64,000 nucleotides of DNA from Phoronis australis (Eukaryota > Animalia > Phoronida): NCBI GenBank assembly GCA_002633005.1, contig NMRA01000957.1, positions 24,990 to 88,989 on the forward strand, given 5' to 3'. The position numbers were made by a program, and so were the translations under genes. The first letter of the stretch is position 1; each line of letters begins with the position of its first letter. This document shows positions 60,201 to 64,000 of the stretch, piece after piece. The notes below the pieces were generated by a model. The model had not been told where the DNA came from. It was given only the letters and a program-made list of their open reading frames with translations, and did no database searches.

Positions 60201-62901
60201 TTGACAAGACATCAAAATGAGCTAATAATCTTTATAATTTCAACTCCTAAGGTGACATGGAAGATGCTAATTACCATCACATTTCTCATAAGACACAATT
60301 TTTTGTATCCCATTGTATTGTCACAGAAGTTACAACCTCGATTGTATGCTCTACAAATTATATATTTCAGAATCACATACAAAGGTGTACAGATGAGAAC
60401 GTCGAAAAATAATTCTGTAACACGTGCTACGTGTACATTATACCAACGCCTGACAGATGTGTATGCATGTGCCTGTGTAGACTTCCTCACCTCCTGTTTG
60501 TATAACATTTGCTTATGATTTTTTAAAGATAAATTTTAAAAAATCAGGAAAAACGATAGGCGAAGACCAACTCACTTTCACAGCCTGTGCGTTGTAAAAG
60601 TTGAGCCTCATAATGAACACGTCATTTTTCAGTTTAAGTCTGTAAGCTTTTCGTCCCAAATGTCCCCTCCAAGTGCTCTGTATAATGACTGCACTGTCAT
60701 GTAAAAATCTGCAAACAGAGACCAGATGTACAGCATGACCTTAACCATAATGACTGCGCTGTCATGTAAAAATCTGCAAACAGAGACCTGGGCCCAGATG
60801 TACAGCAGGACCTTAACCATAATGACTGCGCTGTCATGTAAAAATCTGCAAACAGAGACCAGATGTACAGCATGAGCTTAACCATAATGACTGCGCTGTC
60901 ATGTAAAAATCTGCAAACAGAGACCAGATGTATAGCATGAGCTTAACCAACATCAGATGAGAAAAATCTACTAACTCATCTCGGAAAAACTATGAGACAT
61001 TCATCATACCAGCTCTAGACAGCTCCATGACAACGGAGGTTTGAAATGTCAAGCCAATCATATCATTTTTGAGCATCAGTTTATTTGGGATAGAACAAAC
61101 AAAATTAAATGTAACGCATTATTTTCAAAAACAGACAGATCATGTAACATTGGGTAATGAAATATGTTGAAATAAATTTTATAAAGTCACGGAGAGTGTA
61201 ACGCAATTTTAAACATTTGAGTTTACTTTCATGTTACAGAATTGAATTAAACATAATCTAAGGGATAAAACACCTATGATTCTACTTATTTTGCATTGAC
61301 TTGGATGCAATTCAGGCAAAACATTTGCTTTTGGTTTGTTTTAAAACTATAAAAAGCTTTTTCTCCATTTGCTTCAAGTCAAGATTGATAAGAAGCAAAG
61401 GCATGCTTGTGAGAATAACAGTTTATTATGTTCTGACCTTGTGTTAAACTAATTACCTTAAGTACGCCCGAACTTTTTGTCCACGGTACCAGGACTGAAC
61501 TCTGGTAATGGCCTCTGTCTCTTTTTGTCTCTCTTCATGAGCAACACTAAAACAGACAATACAGAAGTAAAGAAGTGTGGGTTAATTCACGAGTCAGTTT
61601 TCTCTAACTAGTAAGTAAGCAAGTAAGTGAGCGAGCAAAAAGTTTATTTGACAGTTTAACACTAGAACTGGTGCTAGTCACTGATATAAAATGTGAAGTA
61701 ATTATGTGAAGTAATAATGTGAAGTAATTATGTACAAAAGACAAGGCTACGCACTCAGAGTAAATGAACATACAAGACTTATAAAGCATGAAATGACAAA
61801 ATTTGGCAATGTAGGCAAAGTTGGCATTAACAAACTTGGTATAAGAGTTAATGCATTGATAGAAATATCAAGATTTTGACAGTATCTCACACTTTCAGGA
61901 AGCTTATTACAATGCAGAGAAAGCCCTTGGTGGTAAATGGAATTGTGATAACGGCATATGAGCAACTGACTTGGGGCACATATAGTGAGTTTTACAACCT
62001 TTGGGTAATATCAGATCAATTCGAACTTCATTTAAAGGAAGCAATGTGACATAGTTGTAGGAATGGAACATGGTCCTTGGTGCAATCAAAAAGTCTTGCA
62101 CTCCATGAGTTATACTAGTGGGACCACCCTGCCGCACACTTTAACCACAGATGCCCATGCGAGACAAATCAGACATTATCATGATGGGGTTAATTATCAA
62201 TATCAAAATCACCCCAGGCCAGGTGTTACATGACTTTTGATTACAATTGACAGGACTGAACTAGCAGTAACATGAACACTAATTGCGTATTTTTTTCCGT
62301 TTAAAAACCAACTGATTTTTATGCTAGATCTTCCAACGCTAAGTGGTTGTTGTGTTAATACTGGCAATACTCGCAATCTAGATTTTATCAATATTGTTCA
62401 TGAAAGTCACACGCCATCAATCTAGCAAAGACCCTAACCATCTCACTGTAGAAGACCGATTGTGTGGTATGGGAACACAAGCACGGTGCCAGTGAGTGAT
62501 GAGTGATGAAATTGATAATCTTCTGTTATACTGTAGTATAACACAGTTCCATGCGTAGTGTTGGTTTCTTTTCGTTTAGTTGTTTAATGATGCATAACAT
62601 GTGATAGTGACAAAGTCATGTCAGAACACCAACACTGAATCTCTATTTGGAACTCAGGAGTCAAAAATTAATGACGACTAATATGCCGATTGCGACGGCG
62701 AGGATAGTCGGAAGCCAAGTAAGCTAGTCTGCCCATAAACTTATATTTCATTTAGTTCAGACGAAAAGTATTTCATAGACTCCAAAATAAGATTAAAATG
62801 CTTGTAGAGACGCATTAGCTAACTGCAACTCACTTCTGTCGGTCAAAAACTTCTTTGACCATGGCTCCTTTCTCAGCCATCAACTTCACCATGGTCGCCA
62901 T
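53350..62901 (-). CDS. SPATA17: Spermatogenesis-associated protein 17 (IQ-motif ciliary protein), with putative extended C-terminus
   Basis: GT-AG exons with compatible phases: 62901-62834, 61546-61457, 60708-60576, 60146-60043, 59280-59125, 58143-57993, 57305-57157, 56709-56580 (327 codons). They encode three IQ motifs (VQSWYRGQKVR, IQSTWRGHLGR, IQKVWKGYYTRKYIFNYY), HYLLSTKVVPGIYDSPY, QGPFKDPEEVQKQRY, RVNDNIFVPF. Putative further exons 55576-55380 and 54241-53350 are less certain. Confidence 0.9.
56875..57022. mobile_element. hAT-family MITE related to the CAGTGGCGGATC family
   Basis: CAGGGGTGGATCCAGG ... AAATTCGCCACTG; flanks CCAAT / GCAAT (4 of 5 match). Confidence 0.6.
58195..58474. mobile_element. 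PIF/Harbinger-like MITE
   Basis: CTG on both flanks; degenerate TIR GTGTTCTTTTCATGAAAG / CTTTTCGTGAAACAGAGCC; a similar end occurs near 5200-5285. Confidence 0.4.
60682..60948 (-). repeat. 65-72-bp tandem repeat (4 units) that duplicates the SPATA17 exon-3 acceptor
   Basis: Each unit contains (minus strand) GGTCTCTGTTTGCAG|ATTTTTACATGACAG; acceptor AG at plus-strand CT 60709, 60774, 60846 and 60911. Confidence 0.9.
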
Positions 62902-62921
62902 CTTGGCATCTCTATTGACAA

Positions 62922-62942
62922 GTTGCTAGGTCGTGACGTCAC
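62922..62942 (-). promoter_or_regulatory. CRE palindrome and X-box half-site upstream of SPATA17
   Basis: GTGACGTCAC at 62933-62942 and GTTGCTAGG at 62922-62930, 20-40 nt from the ATG at 62901. Confidence 0.45.
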
Positions 62943-63555
62943 AGGCAGCCCTTAGCAGTAACTGGCGGTGGTCACTCACGAACTGCATGGGCGCTAGAAC
63001 CAGCCTGGCAGATTTAGTGGTTGTCGTACCAACGTTTTCCAGGACATATGTAAAAAAGGCATTTCGAGGCCTGTAGAATGCACCAAATGAGGCTTGAGTT
63101 CTCAAAGTTTTCTGGGAGAGGCCACCAGACGCCCCCTACCGAAGACAGTATTCCTCCTGTCCCTCGGCCTGGCAGTGTACTTCCCCAATGTCTCGTCGAC
63201 GGCGTTCATAAAGGCCCGTAGGAAGGAAAAAATTATTGGGGGTGCACAAACCAATTTGATTTCGCCGACCTATCCCCTTGCTATCGTTACGCCCCCCACT
63301 ATACATGACGTAGATTGTCGTGAGGACTGACAGAGGGCCTCAGCCGGGAGTCTCATGCCCGGGACTCAGCCACTGATTTATCCACATTATTTTGAAAACG
63401 CTTTGTCCAGTCACACATTGTGTGTCAAAAAGAGACAAGCATACCAGCAGCTAACGTAGCAAGTAGAACTACTCTAGTTTGTCACATTCAGGGTGTAGAA
63501 GACTCAGTCACAGTTGACTGACTGTGGTTTTTTTTGTTGACCCCATGAGCCAGCA

Positions 63556-63596
63556 AGACCGTCCGGAGTTGCACCCATACCAACTCCGGACGGTCT
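63556..63596. repeat. Perfect 16-bp inverted repeat (hairpin)
   Basis: AGACCGTCCGGAGTTG - 9-nt loop - CAACTCCGGACGGTCT. Confidence 0.8.
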
Positions 63597-64000
63597 CTGG
63601 CGATTTAGCGTTATGATTTGTACCGAACCCCACTCAACCCCCCACGTCCGCCATAGGTGGGAGTAATACCGGGGATGCAGCCATCACTAGGACTTGTGAG
63701 TAACAGTGAACCAAAACCAACAAAAATTCTAGGAGAGCAACTGAGAATGCGTCTAGGCCCCGAGCGCACTGATGGGTAGCTGGGAGCTGCCTGAAGTGAC
63801 TACAGCTACGTCGAAGGTCAAGGTCAGTTCCTTTTATTATGATCCCGATTTCGAAAAACTTAATTTGTTTTATTATGGGGATTCGTTGAAGTAATTTTCG
63901 GAAAGGTGAGGTCCCGACTGGGAGGTGCCTGGTATGAGTGCCTTTACGGTCAGTGCGTGGCCGGCCGTTTTATCCCTTGATGAAACACAGGCGGTAGTCC

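Overview
AT-rich, intron-containing animal (invertebrate-like) genomic DNA; no prokaryotic features, rRNA or CRISPR array were seen. The right half holds two convergent, spliced cilia/flagella genes. IFT43 (+, 8 coding exons, 32049-51382) gives 208 aa when spliced by hand. SPATA17 (-, 62901 to 56580, conserved IQ-motif part) appears to continue into a ~360-aa C-terminal extension ending at 53350, and its exon-3 splice acceptor is present in four tandem copies. The left half looks like a pseudogene/transposon graveyard. It contains a decayed opsin gene (last exon intact, with the retinal-binding Lys) interrupted by a BEL/Pao relic, and probable trypsin-family protease relics. It also carries a 5.4-kb Gypsy-like LTR retrotransposon with atypical CGCCA...TGGCG LTR ends, a 3-bp TSD and an LAED RT motif (Troyka-like). 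A hAT family with 5-bp TSDs is present as a 2.3-kb element plus MITEs, alongside many other MITEs and SINEs. A 1-kb duplication next to an N is probably an uncollapsed haplotype showing a filled versus empty TTAA insertion site. All family assignments come from manual reading and recalled motifs, not database searches.
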